Origin: Callorhinchus milii
Lineage: Eukaryota
Assembly: GCF_018977255.1 (NCBI RefSeq)
Contig: NW_024705506.1
Coordinates: 1 to 38,593, forward strand
Direction of reading: 5' to 3'
DNA length: 38,593 nt
Positions 1 through 11,918 of this stretch are shown piece by piece. Position 1 is the first letter of the stretch. Each line of letters begins with the position of its first letter. The notes below the pieces were generated by a model that was given only the letters and a program-made list of their open reading frames with translations, was not told where the DNA came from and made no database searches. Both the position numbers and the translations under genes were made by a program.

Positions 1-60
1 ATTTCCCCTCCTCGCTTTCCCCCTCCTCGCTCCCTCCCTTCCCTCCCCTCACCCTGACCA

Positions 61-102
<42 letters not shown>

Positions 103-580
103 TTCCCTCCCCTCACCCTGACCATTTCCCCCCTCCTCGCTCCCTCCCTTCCCTCCCCTCACCCTGACCATCTCCCCCCTCCTCGCTCCCTCCCTTCCCT
201 CCCCTCACCCTGACCATTTCCCCCCTCCTCGCTCCCTCCCTTCCCTCCCCTCACCCTGACCATTTCCCCCCTCCTCGCTCCCTCCCTTCCCTCCCCTCAC
301 CCTGACCATTTCCCCCCTCCTCGCTCCCTTCCCTCCCCTCACCCTGACCATCTCCCCCCTCCTCGCTCCCTCCCTTCCCTCCGCTCACCCTGACCATTTC
401 CCCCCTCCTCGCTCCCTCCCTTCCCTCCCCTCACCCTGACCATTTCCCCCCTCCTCGCTCCCTCCCTTCCCTCCCCTCACCCTGACCATTTCCCCCCTCC
501 TCGCTCCCTTCCCTCCCCTCACCCTGACCATTTCCCCCCTCCTCGCTCCCTTCCCTCCCCTCACCCTGACCATTTCCCCC
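1..580 (+). repeat. Pyrimidine-rich minisatellite, 46/42-bp unit (accctgaccatttcccccctcctcgctccctcccttccctcccctc), ~12 copies, within an L2 3' UTR
   Basis: Unit starts at about 161, 207, 253, 299, 341, 387, 433, 479, 521 and 563 (spacing 46 or 42). The same unit occurs ~3 times in the 3' UTR of the minus-strand L2 at ~23800-23930. Confidence 0.95.
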
Positions 581-681
581 CAATGCTCGGGTCATGACCC
601 AACTGTGCAGCGCCTTGGGACGTCCTCCCAACGTGAAGGGCGCTTTATAAATGGAATCTTGTTGTTGTTGTTGTTGTTGTT
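575..681 (+). mobile_element. L2-clade LINE 3' terminus with (TTG)n tail
   Basis: cagcgccttgggacgtcctcccaacgtgaagggcgctttataaatggaatc(ttg)n closely matches the reverse complement of the L2 end at 23704-23800. Confidence 0.9.
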
Positions 682-3600
682 GGAACCACATGATTGATAA
701 TACCAATTTAATTGCCTTTGTATGTATTACAACCTTCAGCCCTTTTTGGGGATAAAAAGGCTGCTTTAACTGACCAAAGGCAGCTCATTCTTTTGACTGT
801 CCCGGTGCTCTACTTGGGAGACTGTTGACTGTTCTTGAATCGGCTCTTGCAATTGCAATAAATCTCAACATTGGATATATCCGCGGTGTATGGTCTGTTT
901 GTAAGACAAAGGTTGGGACGAACAAAAGAGTTACAGCTTTACAAGGGGAAAGGATCGAGTTGTTATTGCAATGTATTACTGCAGTGAATGAGTGGAAAGG
1001 AGCGGATTGTTACTATGATGTTATTATTTTATTGCTGAGTTGTGTGAGGGAAAAAAGCGGATTGTTTCTGCATCACTATTTTATTATTGAGGCGAGTGAG
1101 GGGAAAAGAGAGAATTGTTACACCATTATTATTTTATTACTGATGTGAGTGAATGGAAAAGAGCGGATTATTATTGTATTATTATTTTATTACTGAGATG
1201 AATGAGAGGAAGAAGCGGATTGTTACTCTATTCTAATTTTATTACTGAGATGAGTGAGGGCAAAGAGCGGATTGTTATTTTAACTTTATTATTTTATTAC
1301 TGAGGTTAGTGAGAGGAAAAGAGCGGATTTTTACTGTAATGTTATTATTTTATTACCGAGGTGTATGAAGGGAAAAGAGCGGATTGTTACTGCACTATTT
1401 TATTACTGAGATGAATGAGGGGAAAAGAGCAGATTATTACAGTATTATTATTTTATTACTGAGGAGAGTGAGGGTAAAAAGCGGATTGTTACTGTGTTAT
1501 TATTTTATTACTGAGGTGATGAGTGTAAAGAGCAGATTGTTACTGTATTATTATTTTGTTACTCAGGTGAGTGAAGCGAAAGGAGCGGATTGTTACTGTA
1601 ATGTTATTATTTTATTACTGAAGTGTGTGAGGGAAAAAGAGAGGATTATTACTGTATTATTGTTTTATTACTGAGGTAAGTGAGGGGGGAAGAGCGGAAT
1701 GTTACTGTATTATTATTTTATTGCTGAGGAGAGTGAGGGCAAAGGGGGGTTTGTTACTCTAGTGTTTTTATTTTATTACTGAGGTTAGTAAGGGGAAACA
1801 AGCGGATTGTTACTGTGATGTCATTATTTTATTACTGATGTGTGAGGGAAAAAGAGCGGATTGTTACTGTATTAACGTTTTATTGCTGAATTGAGTGAGG
1901 GCAAAAGAGCGAATTGTTATTATATTATTATTCTATTACTGATGTGAGTGAGAGGAAAAATGCGGATTGTTACTCTGTTACTATTTTATTACTGATGTGA
2001 GTGAGGATAAAAGAGCGAATTTTTACTGCATTATTCCTTTATTACTGAGGTGAGTTAGCGGAAAAGAGTGGATTGTTACTCTCATGTTATTATTTTATTA
2101 CTAAGGTGTATGAGGGGACTAGAGTGAATAGTTACTGTATTATTTTTTTTACTGAGGTGAGTGATGGGAAAAGAGCGAATTGTTACTATATTATTATTTC
2201 ATTACTGAGGTGAGTGAAGGTAAAAAGCGGATTATTACTGTTATGTTATTATTTTATTACTGAGGTGAGTGAGGGGAAAAGTGCGGTTTGTTACTGTATT
2301 ATTATTTTATTACTGAGGTGAGTTACGGGAAAAGAGCGGATTGTTACTGTATTATTATTTTATTACTGAAGTGAATGAGTGTAAAAGAGCATATTGCTAC
2401 TGTACTATTATTTTATTACTGATGTGATGAGTGTAAAGAGCGGATTGTTACTGTATTATTATTTTATTACTGAGTTGAGTCAAGGTAAAAAGTGGATTAT
2501 TACTGTAATGTTATTATTTTATTGCTGAGGTGAGTGATGTGAAAGGAGCGAGTTGTTATTGCAATGTTATTATTTTATTACTGAGGTGAATGAGTGGAAA
2601 GGAGCGGATTGTTACTGTGGTGTTATTATTTTATTATTGAGGTGTGTGAGGGAAAAAGAGCGGATTGTTACTTTATTATTTTTATTTTATTACTGAGGTG
2701 TGTGAGGGAAAAAGAGCGGATTGTTACTTTATTATTTTTATTTTATTACTGAGGTATGTGAGGGGGAAAGAGCGGATTGTTCCTGTAATGTTATTATTTT
2801 ATTACTTATGTGAGTGAGGGGATAAGAGCGGATTGTTACTGCATTATTATTTTATTGCTGATGTAAGTGAGGGAAAAATAGCGGATTGTTACTGTATTAC
2901 TATTTTATTACTGAGGTGAGTGAGACAAAAAGAGTGGATTGTTATTGTGTTATTATTTTATTTCTCACGTGAGTTAAGGGAAGGGAGCGGATTATTACTG
3001 TATTATTATTTTATAACTGAGGTACATTAGCGGAAAAGAGTGGATTATTACTCTAATGTTATTATTTTATTACTGAGGTCTATGGTGGGAAAAGAACGGA
3101 TTGTTACTGTATTATAATTTTATTACTGAGGTGAATGAGGGAATAAGAGCGGATTGTTATTTTATTATTTTATTACTGAAGTGAATGAGGGGAACAGAGT
3201 AGATTGCTACTGCATTATTATTACTGAGTTGTTGAGTGTAAAGAGCGGATTGTTACTGTATTATTATTTTATTACTGAGTTGAGTGAAGGTGAAAAGCAG
3301 ATTGTTACTGTAATGCTATTATTTTATTACTGAGGTGAGTGAGGGGAAAAGAGCGAATTGTTACTGTGTTATTATTTTATTACTGAGGTGCGTGAGGGGA
3401 ATGGAGCGAGTTTATAGTGCAATGTTATTATTGTATTAGTGCGGTGAATGAGTGGAAAGGAGTGGATTGTTACTATGATGTTATTATTTTATTACTGAGT
3501 TGTGTGAAGGGAAAAGAGTGGATTGTTTCTGTATCACTATTTTATTACTGAGGCGAGTGAGTGGAAAAGAGTGGATTGTTACTGTGTTACTATTTTATTA

Positions 3601-4189
3601 CTGAGTTGAGTGAAGTTAAAAGAGTGGATTGTTATCGTATTATTATTTTATTACTCTCGTGTGTTAGGGGAAGAGAGCGGATTATTACTGTATTATTATT
3701 TTATAACTGAGGTAAGGGAGGGTAAAAGTGCGAATTGTCACATTATTATTTTATTACTGAGGTGAGTGAGCAGAAAAGGGCGGATTGTTACTCTAATATT
3801 ATTATTTTATTACTGGGGTGTATGAGAGGAAAGAGCGGATTGTTACTGTAATATTATTTTATTACAGAGATGAATGTGAGGAAGGAGTGGATTGTTACTC
3901 TATTATAATTTTATTAATGAGATGAGTGAGGGCAAAGAGCGGATTGTTACTTTAACTTTATTATTTTATTACTGAGGTGTATGAAGGGAAAAGAGCGGTT
4001 TGTTACTGTATTATTTTATTACTAAGGTGAATGAGGGAAAACGAGCAGATTGTTACAGTATTATTATTTTATTACTGAGGAGAGTGAGGGTAAAAAGCGG
4101 TTTGTCAATGTATTATTTTATTACTGAGGTGATGAGTGTAAAGAGCGAATTGTTACTGTATTATTATTTTATTACAGAGATGAATGTGA

Positions 4190-4510
4190 GGAGTCCTGTA
4201 GCTCAGTGGTTAGAGCACTCGCTTTGTAAGTGAGAGACCTGAGTTCAATCCCAGGCAGAGGGCGAAACCTTGGGCAAGTTTCCTTACTCCACACAGAGCC
4301 TAATAATAATCCTCCAAAACAAAAAACAATAATAAATTGGTCATTTTCAATCTACGACTGTTTGTGGGACATTACTGTGCGCAATTGGCTGCTGCGTTCG
4401 CCCACAAAGTCAATTCACTTTACAGTGTGTTCTGTGAAGCGCTTTGGGACGTCCTCTCCCGACGTGAACAGCGCTATATCAAATGCCAGGATTATTATTA
4501 TTATTATTAT
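4190..4510 (+). mobile_element. Full-length tRNA(Ala)-derived SINE with L2-type 3' tail and (TTA)n, inserted in the satellite
   Basis: Head ggagtcctgtagctcagtggttagagcactcgctttg...gagttcaatccc has A/B boxes. Tail is tcaaatgccagg(att)n. Closely similar copies occur elsewhere in the window. Confidence 0.95.
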
Positions 4511-7500
4511 ACTGAGGTGAGTGAGGGGAAAGGAGCGAATTATTACTGTAATGTTATTATTTTATTACTGAATTTGTGATGGAAAAAGAGAGGATTGTTA
4601 CTGTATTATTGTTTTATTACTGAGGTAAGTGAGGGGGAAAGAGCGGATTGTTACTATTATTAATTTATTACTGAGGAGAGTGAGGGCAAAGAGGGTATTG
4701 TTACTCTAGTGTTGTTATTTTATTACTGAGGTGAGTGAGGGCAAAGGAGCGGATTGTTACTGTGATGTCATTTTTTTATACTGATGTGAGTGGAAAGGAG
4801 TGGATTGTTACTGTAATGTTATTATTTTATTACTGAAGTGTGCAATGGAAAAAGAGAGGATTGTTACTGTATTATTGTTTTACTACTGAGGTAAGTAAGG
4901 GGGAAAGAGCGGATTGTTCCTGTAATGCAACTATTTTATTACTGAAGAGAGTGAGGGCAAAGAAGGGATTGTTATTTTAGTGTTATTATTTTATTACTGA
5001 GGTTAGTAAGGGGAAAGAGCCGGATTGTTACTGTGATATTATTATTTTATTACTGAGGTGTGTGAGGGAAAAAGAGCGGATTGTTACTGTATTAATGTTT
5101 TATTGCTGAGGTGAGTGAGGGCAAAAGAGCGAATTGTTATTGTATTACTAATCTATTAATAATGTATGTGAGGGGAAAAGTCCAGATTGTTAGTCTATTA
5201 CTATTTTATTACTGAGGTGAGTTATGGTAAAAGAGGGAATTGTTACTGCATTATTATTTTATTACTGAGGCGAGTTAGCGGAAAAGAGCGGATTGTTACT
5301 CTCATGTTGTTGTTTTATTACTGAGGTGTATGAGGGTAATAGAGCCAATTGTTACTGTATTATTATTTTATTACTGAGGTGAGTGATGGGAAATGAGCGG
5401 ATTGTTACTGTATTATTATTTCTTTACTGAGGTGAGTGAGGGAGCAAGAGCAGATTGTTACTGTATTACTATTTTATTACTGAAGTGAGTGAAGGTAAAA
5501 AGCGGATTATTACTGTAATGTTATTATTTTATTACTGAGGTGAGTGAGGGGAATGAATAGAGTTGTTATTGCAATGTTCATCTTGTATTACTGAGGTGAA
5601 TGAGTGGAAAAGAGCAGATTGTTACTGTGATGTTATTATTTTATTACTGAGGTTTGTGAGGGGGATAGAGCGGATTGTTACTGTATTACGATTTTATTAC
5701 TGAGGTGACTGAGGCGAAAAGAGTGGATTGTTATTGTATTATTATTTTATTACTCACTTGAGTTAGTGGAAGGGAACGGATTGTTACTGTATTATTATTT
5801 TATTACTGAGGTGAGTGAGTGTAAAAGAACGAATTGTCACTATTATTATTTTGTTACTGAGGTGAGTGACGGGAAAAGAGCGGATTGTTACTGTGTTATT
5901 ATTTCATTACTGAGGTGATGGGTGTAAAGAGCGGATTGTTACTGTATTATTATTTTATTACTGAAATTAGTGTGGGGAGAGGAGCGAGTTGTTACTGTAA
6001 TGTTATTATTGTATTACTGAGGTGAGTGACGGAAAATAGCGGATAGTTACTCTATTATTATTTTATTACTGAGGTGAGTGAGGTTTAAGAGCGGATTGTT
6101 CCTGTAATGCTATTATTTTATTACTGATGTGAGTGAGGGGAAAAGAGCTGATTGTTACTGTATTATTATTTTATTACTGAGGAGAGTGAGGGCAAAAAGC
6201 GGATTGTTACTCTAGTGTTATTATTTTGTTACTGAATTTAGTGTGGTTAAAGAAGCGGAATGTTACTGTGATGTTATTATTTTATTATTGAGGTGTGTGA
6301 GGGAAAAAGAGCGGATTGTTATTGTATTATTGTTTCATTACTGAGGTGAGTGATAAGGAAAGAGTGGATTATTGTATTACTGTATTGTTATTATTTTATT
6401 TCTGAAGTGAGTAAAGCGAAACATCTGGATTGTTGTATTAATGTATATTTATTATTTTGTTACAGAATTGAGGGGAAAAGAGTGGATTATTGTGTTACTG
6501 TACTGTTATTATTTTATTACTGAGTTGAGTGAGGGGAAAAGAGTGGGTTGTTCTATTACTATATTGCTATTTTTTTATTACTGTGTTGAGTGAGGGTTAA
6601 AGAGTGGATTTTTGTATTGCTGTATTACTATTTTAATATTGATGTGAGTGATGGGAAAGGAGTGGGTTCTTGTATTACTGTATTATTATTTTATTACTGA
6701 GGTCAGTGAGGGTAAAAGAGCAAAATGTTGTATAACTTCATTGTTATTATTTTATTACTGATGTGAGTGAGAGGAAAAGAATGCATTATTGTATTATTGT
6801 ATTGTTCTTATTTTATTACTGAAGTGAATGAGGGGAAAAGAATGGATTGTTGTGTAACTGTATTGATATTATTTCATTACTGAGTTGAGTGAGGGGAAAA
6901 TATTGGATTGTTGTATTACTATATTATTATTTTATTACTGAGGTGAATGAGGGGAAAAGAGTGAATTATTGTATTACTATATTGTTATTATATTATAACT
7001 GAGGTGAGTGACTGGAAAAAAGCGGATTGTTGTATTACTGTATTATTACTGAGGTGAGTGAGCGGAAAAGAGTGTATTGTTGTATTACTCTATTATTATT
7101 TTATTACTGAGGTGAGTGTGGGGAAAAAGCAGATTGTTGTATTACTGTACTATTATTTTATTGTTGATGTGTGTCGGGAAAAGAGTGGATTATTGTATTA
7201 CTCTATTTTTCTTGTTTTATTACTGAGGTTAGTGAGGGGAAAAAGTGAATTTGGTGTGCTACTCTATTGTTATATTTTTAGTACTAAATTCACTTAGGTG
7301 ATTAGAGTGGATTACTGTATTACTCATTTGTTATTATTTTATTACAGAGGTGAGTGAGGGGAAAACAGTGGATTTTTGTATTACTATATTGATACTATTT
7401 TATTACTGATTTGATTGATGGGAAAAGAGCGGATTTTTGCATTACTGTATTATTGTTTTATTACTGAGGTGCGTGAGGGGAAAATAGCGGATTGTTGTAT

Positions 7501-8111
7501 TACTGTATTATTATTTTATTACTGATGTGGTTCAGCGAAAAAGAGCAGATTATTGTATTACTCTATTGTTATAATTTTATTACTGAGGTGACTGAGGAGA
7601 AAAGAGTGGATTATTGTATTACTGTATTATTATTTTATTACTGAGGTGAGTGATTGGAGAAGAAAGATTTGTTGTGTTACTGTATTGTGATTATTTTATT
7701 ACTGACGTGAGTGGTGGAGAAAGAGCTGATTATTGTGTTACTGCATTGTAATTATCTTATTACTGAGTTGAGCGAAGGGAAAAGAGTGGATTGTTGTATC
7801 ACTGTATTGTTACTATTTTGTTACTGAGGTATGTGAGGAGAAAAGACCGGATTATTGTATTACTGCTGTGTTTTTATTTTATTACTGAAGTGAGTAATGG
7901 GAAAAGAGTGGATTATTTTATTACTGTATTGTTATTATTTTATCACTGAGTTGATTTAAGGGAAAAGCATGGATTTTAGTATTACTATTGTATTGTTATT
8001 CTGTTACTGAGGTGAGTCAGAGGAAAAAGAGTGGATTGTTCCTTTACTGTATTATTTTTTTGTTACTGTGGTGAGTAAGGGGAAAAGTGTTGATTGTTGT
8101 ATTACTGTATT

Positions 8112-8144
8112 GCTATATCAAATGCAAGGATTATTATTATTATT
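8112..8144 (+). mobile_element. Extremely 5'-truncated SINE tail (33 nt) in the satellite
   Basis: gctatatcaaatgcaaggattattattattatt is identical to the SINE 3' end at ~37961-37993. Confidence 0.8.
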
Positions 8145-11100
8145 GTTGTTATTGTTTTATTAGTGAGGTAAGTGAGGGGAAAAGAGTGGACTGTTGTATT
8201 ACTTTAGTGTTATTATTTTATTACTGAGCTGAGTGAGGGGAAAAGAGTGGATTGTTGTATTACTACGTTGTTATTATTTTATTACTCAGGTTAGTCTGGT
8301 GAAAAGAGCAAATTATTGTATTACTGTATTGTTATTATTTTATTACTGAGGTGTGTGGGAGGAAAAGAGCAAATTGTTGTATTATTGCATTGTTATTAAT
8401 TTATTACTGAGGTGAGTGAGGGGAAAAGAGTGGATTATTGTATTACTGTATTTTTATTATTTTATTACTGAGGTGAGTGAGAGGAAAACAGCAGGATATT
8501 GTATTACTGTATTGTTATTATTTTATTACTGAGGTTACTGTGTGGAAAAGAGCGGATTGTTGTATTATTCTTTTGTTATTATTTTATTGCTGATTTCAGT
8601 GAGGGGAAAAGAGCGTATTGTTGTATTACTGTATTGTTAAGTTGAGTGAGAGGAAAAGATTGGTTTGTATTACTGTATTGTTATTATTTTATTACTGAGG
8701 TGAGTGAGGGGACAACAGCGGATTATTGTATTACTGTATTAATATTTTATTACTGAGGTGCTTGGGAGACATGGTTATTCTATTATTACTCTATTAGTAT
8801 TATTCTATTACTGAGGTGAAAGAGAGACATGATTATTGCATTATTACTGTATTATTATTCTATTGGTGAAGTGAGACAGAGAACGTATTATTGCAATATT
8901 ACTGTATTATTGTGCTATTGCTTAGGTGATAGGGGGAGACAGTATTATTGTATTTTAACTGATTTATTATCGTATTACTGGGGTGTGAGAAAGGGAGACA
9001 GGATTATTGTATTATTTCTGTATTAATGTTCTATTACTGAGGTGAGAGAGTGAGACAGGATAATTGTATTATTACTGTATTATTATTGTTTTATAACTGA
9101 GGTGTGTGAGGGGAAAAGAGTGGATTATTGTATAACTGTATTGTTATTATTTTATTGCTGAAGTGAGTGAGTGGAAAAGAGCGGTTTGTTGTATTATTAC
9201 TGTATTATCATTATTCTATCACTGAGGTAAGAGTGAGACAGAGAGATAGGATTATTGTGTTATTACTGTATCATTATTCTATTACTGAGGTTGAGAGAGA
9301 GAGACATGTTTATTGTATTATTACTGTATTATTCTATTACTGAGGTGGTAGAGAGAGATACTAGTTGTATTATTATTATTACAGTATTATTTTATTACTG
9401 AGATGAGAGAGAGAGGGAAAGAAAGACAGGATTATTGTATTATTCCTGTATTATTATTATTTTATTAATGAGCTCAGAGAGAGTCAGGATTATTTTTATT
9501 ACTGTATAATTACTCTATTACTGAGGTCAGAGAGAGACAGGATTGTTGTTTTCATTATTGTAGTATTATTCAATTACTGAGGTGAGAGGGAGAGGATCAT
9601 GATAATGTTAGTGTATTATTCTGTTACTGAGCTGAGAGAGACAGGATTATTGTTTTATTACTGCATTATTACTATTCTGTTACTGAGCTGAGTGAGATAG
9701 ACTGGAATATTGTATTATTACAGTTTTATTACTGAGGTGAGAGAGAGAGACAGGATTATTATATTATTACTGCATTATTATTCTATTACTGAGGTGAGAG
9801 ATAAAGAGAGACATGATTATTGTAATTTTACTGTATTATTATTTTATGACTGAACTGAGTGAGAGAGACAGGATTATTGTATTATTACTCTTCTTATTGT
9901 TTTATTGCTGAGGTGATTAGGAGAGACACTATATTAATACTATATTATTATTTTATTACTGAGGTGAGCGCTCGAGAGATAGGATTATTGTATTGTTACT
10001 CTAATATTGTTTTATTGCTCAGGTGTATTTTTTTAATTTTATTACTGAGGTGAGATAGAGACAGGATTATTATCTTATTACTATAGTAACTATAGTATTA
10101 TTATTATTCTATTACTGAGGTGAGTGCGAGAGACAGGATTATTGTATTAATATTATTATTTTATTGCTGAGATGTGTGTGAGAGAGAGACATGATTATTG
10201 TATCATTACTGTATTATTGTTTAATTACGAAGAGAGAGAGAGAGACAGGATTATTGCTTTATTACTTTATTATTTTACTACTGAAGTGAGTGAGAGAGAC
10301 TGGATTATTATATTATCACTGGATTATTATTCTATTGCTGATGTGTGTGAGAGATAGGATCATGATATTGTTAGTGTATTATTCTATTACTGAGGTGAGT
10401 GTGAGAGAGAGAATTATTATATTATTACATTATTATTCTATTACTGAGGTACGTGAGAAGGGGAGAATTACTATATTATAACTGGATTATTATGATTATT
10501 CTATTACTGAATTGAGAGAGAGACAGGATTATTACATTATTACTGTACTATTATTTTTCTATTACTGAGTTGAGAGAGAGGGAGGTTTATTATATTATTA
10601 TTGTTTTATTATTCTATTACTGAGGTGAGTGAGAGAGCCTGGATTATTATATTTAATTACTGTATTATTGTTTTATTACTGAGGTGAGTGAGATGATTAT
10701 TATATTATTTTATTATTTTATTATTGGGGTGAGTGATAGAGACATGATTATTATATTATTGCTCTTTAATATTATTATTATATTACTGAGGTGATTGAGG
10801 GAGAGGCAGGTTTATTATATTCTAACTATATTATTATTACTCTATCATTGAGATGGGTGAGAGGGACTGGATTGTTATATTATTACTGTATTATTATGGT
10901 ACTGAGGTGAGTAAGAGAGACAGGATTTTTATATTATTATGGTCTTATTCTATTACTGAGGTGTGTGAGGGCGAGAGAATTATTATATTATTACCATATT
11001 ATTCTATTATTGAGGTGAGTGAGAGAGACAGGATTATTATATTATTACCGTAGTATTTTTATATTACTGCGATGAGTGAGAGAGACAGGGTTATTATATT

Positions 11101-11195
11101 ATTACTGTATTATTATTATTCCATTACAGAGGTGAATGAGAGAATCAAGATTGTTATATTTTTATTGTATTATTAGTAGTATTATTCTATTACTG

Positions 11196-11426
11196 AGTTT
11201 CCTTACTCCACACAGAGCCTAATAATAATCCCTCCAAAACCCAAAACAATAATAAATTGGTCATTTTCAATCTACGACTGTTTGTGGGACATTGCTGTGC
11301 GCAATTGGCTGCCGCGTTCACCCACAAATATACAGTCAATTCACTTTACAGTGTGTTCTGTGAAGCGCTTTGGGACGTCCTCCCGACGTGAAAAGCGCTA
11401 TATCAAATGCAAGGATTATTATTATT
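11196..11426 (+). mobile_element. 5'-truncated copy of the young SINE, marking the right end of the satellite
   Basis: Begins agtttccttactccacacagagcc and ends caaatgcaaggattattattatt. An older SINE tail follows at ~11460-11547. Confidence 0.93.
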
Positions 11427-11560
11427 GTTGTTTCCTGGAGTTTGGTCGGTATGTGGTAACGCTTTACTGCATATCCGTGAAGCGCTTTGTGACATCTCAA
11501 ATACATGATAAGGAGCAGTATCAAATGCATGGATTATTATTATTATTTTCTCCTCCTCAG

Positions 11561-11690
11561 CAACAATCCCCCACCGACTGAATCTTTTCTACGTCGCCAA
11601 TGATGTAATCCAGAACTGCAAGCGTAAGAACGCCATCATTTTCCGCGATGCTTTCTCGGAGGTTCTGCTTGAGGCGGGCGCCCTAGTTAG
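11561..11690 (+). CDS. RPRD2: RPRD2 coding exon (equivalent to human exon 2), CID domain: [42 protein letters not shown]
   Basis: Acceptor ttctcctcctcag and donor gtaaga; 130 nt. Peptide matches the RPRD-family CID signature RLNLFY(L/V)ANDVIQN. Confidence 0.96.
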
Positions 11691-11817
11691 GTAAGAGTTA
11701 AGTTGGGAAGAGAGTGGGGGTGAGAGAGAGGTCTAGCGCTAGGCTACCTGGGGCACTTTATACCATTTGCTGGCTGACTCACCGACTTTCTGGCTTTCTT
11801 TTCTGGTTTTCCCTCAG

Positions 11818-11918
11818 GGATCTGAGTATTCGGAAGTCTGTGGAGAGGATATTTACAATTTGGGAACAGAGGAGTGTGTACCCACAGGAGCTGATAGTGG
11901 AGCTGCGAGACACACTGG
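11818..11918 (+). CDS. RPRD2: RPRD2 coding exon (human exon 3): [34 protein letters not shown]
   Basis: Acceptor ttttccctcag and donor gtgaga; 101 nt; phase-compatible with the previous exon. Carries the CID C-terminal motif VERIFxIWE. Confidence 0.96.

Larger units (their letters stand above)
950..11195 (+). repeat. Large intronic tandem satellite, ~53-61 bp monomer (gaggtgagtgaggggaaaagagcggattgttactgtattattattttattact), roughly 170-185 diverged copies
   Basis: Directly visible periodic repeat. Copy number is estimated from length divided by unit size. Monomer variants change along the array. Confidence 0.97.

Noticed and set aside
62..102. 41-nt poly-C (and 20-nt poly-G at 38485-38504)
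   Set aside because: These are probably homopolymer or assembly artefacts replacing normal repeat sequence, so they are not treated as functional.
682..950. Possible RPRD2 exon 1 or promoter
   Set aside because: There is no N-terminal CID peptide (e.g. SIQGLSSW) and no CpG island; exon 1 must be upstream of the window.
4190..4262. tRNA-Ala genes at SINE heads (also 17590-17658, 18845, 36442, 37673)
   Set aside because: Each continues into an identical SINE body and tail, and the acceptor stem is not intact.
825..11053. Many short Tyr/Ile/Leu-rich ORFs
   Set aside because: They are translations of the satellite monomer with no protein-like features.
950..11195. CRISPR-like periodic array
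   Set aside because: There are no unique spacers between invariant repeats and no cas genes; the context is a vertebrate intron.
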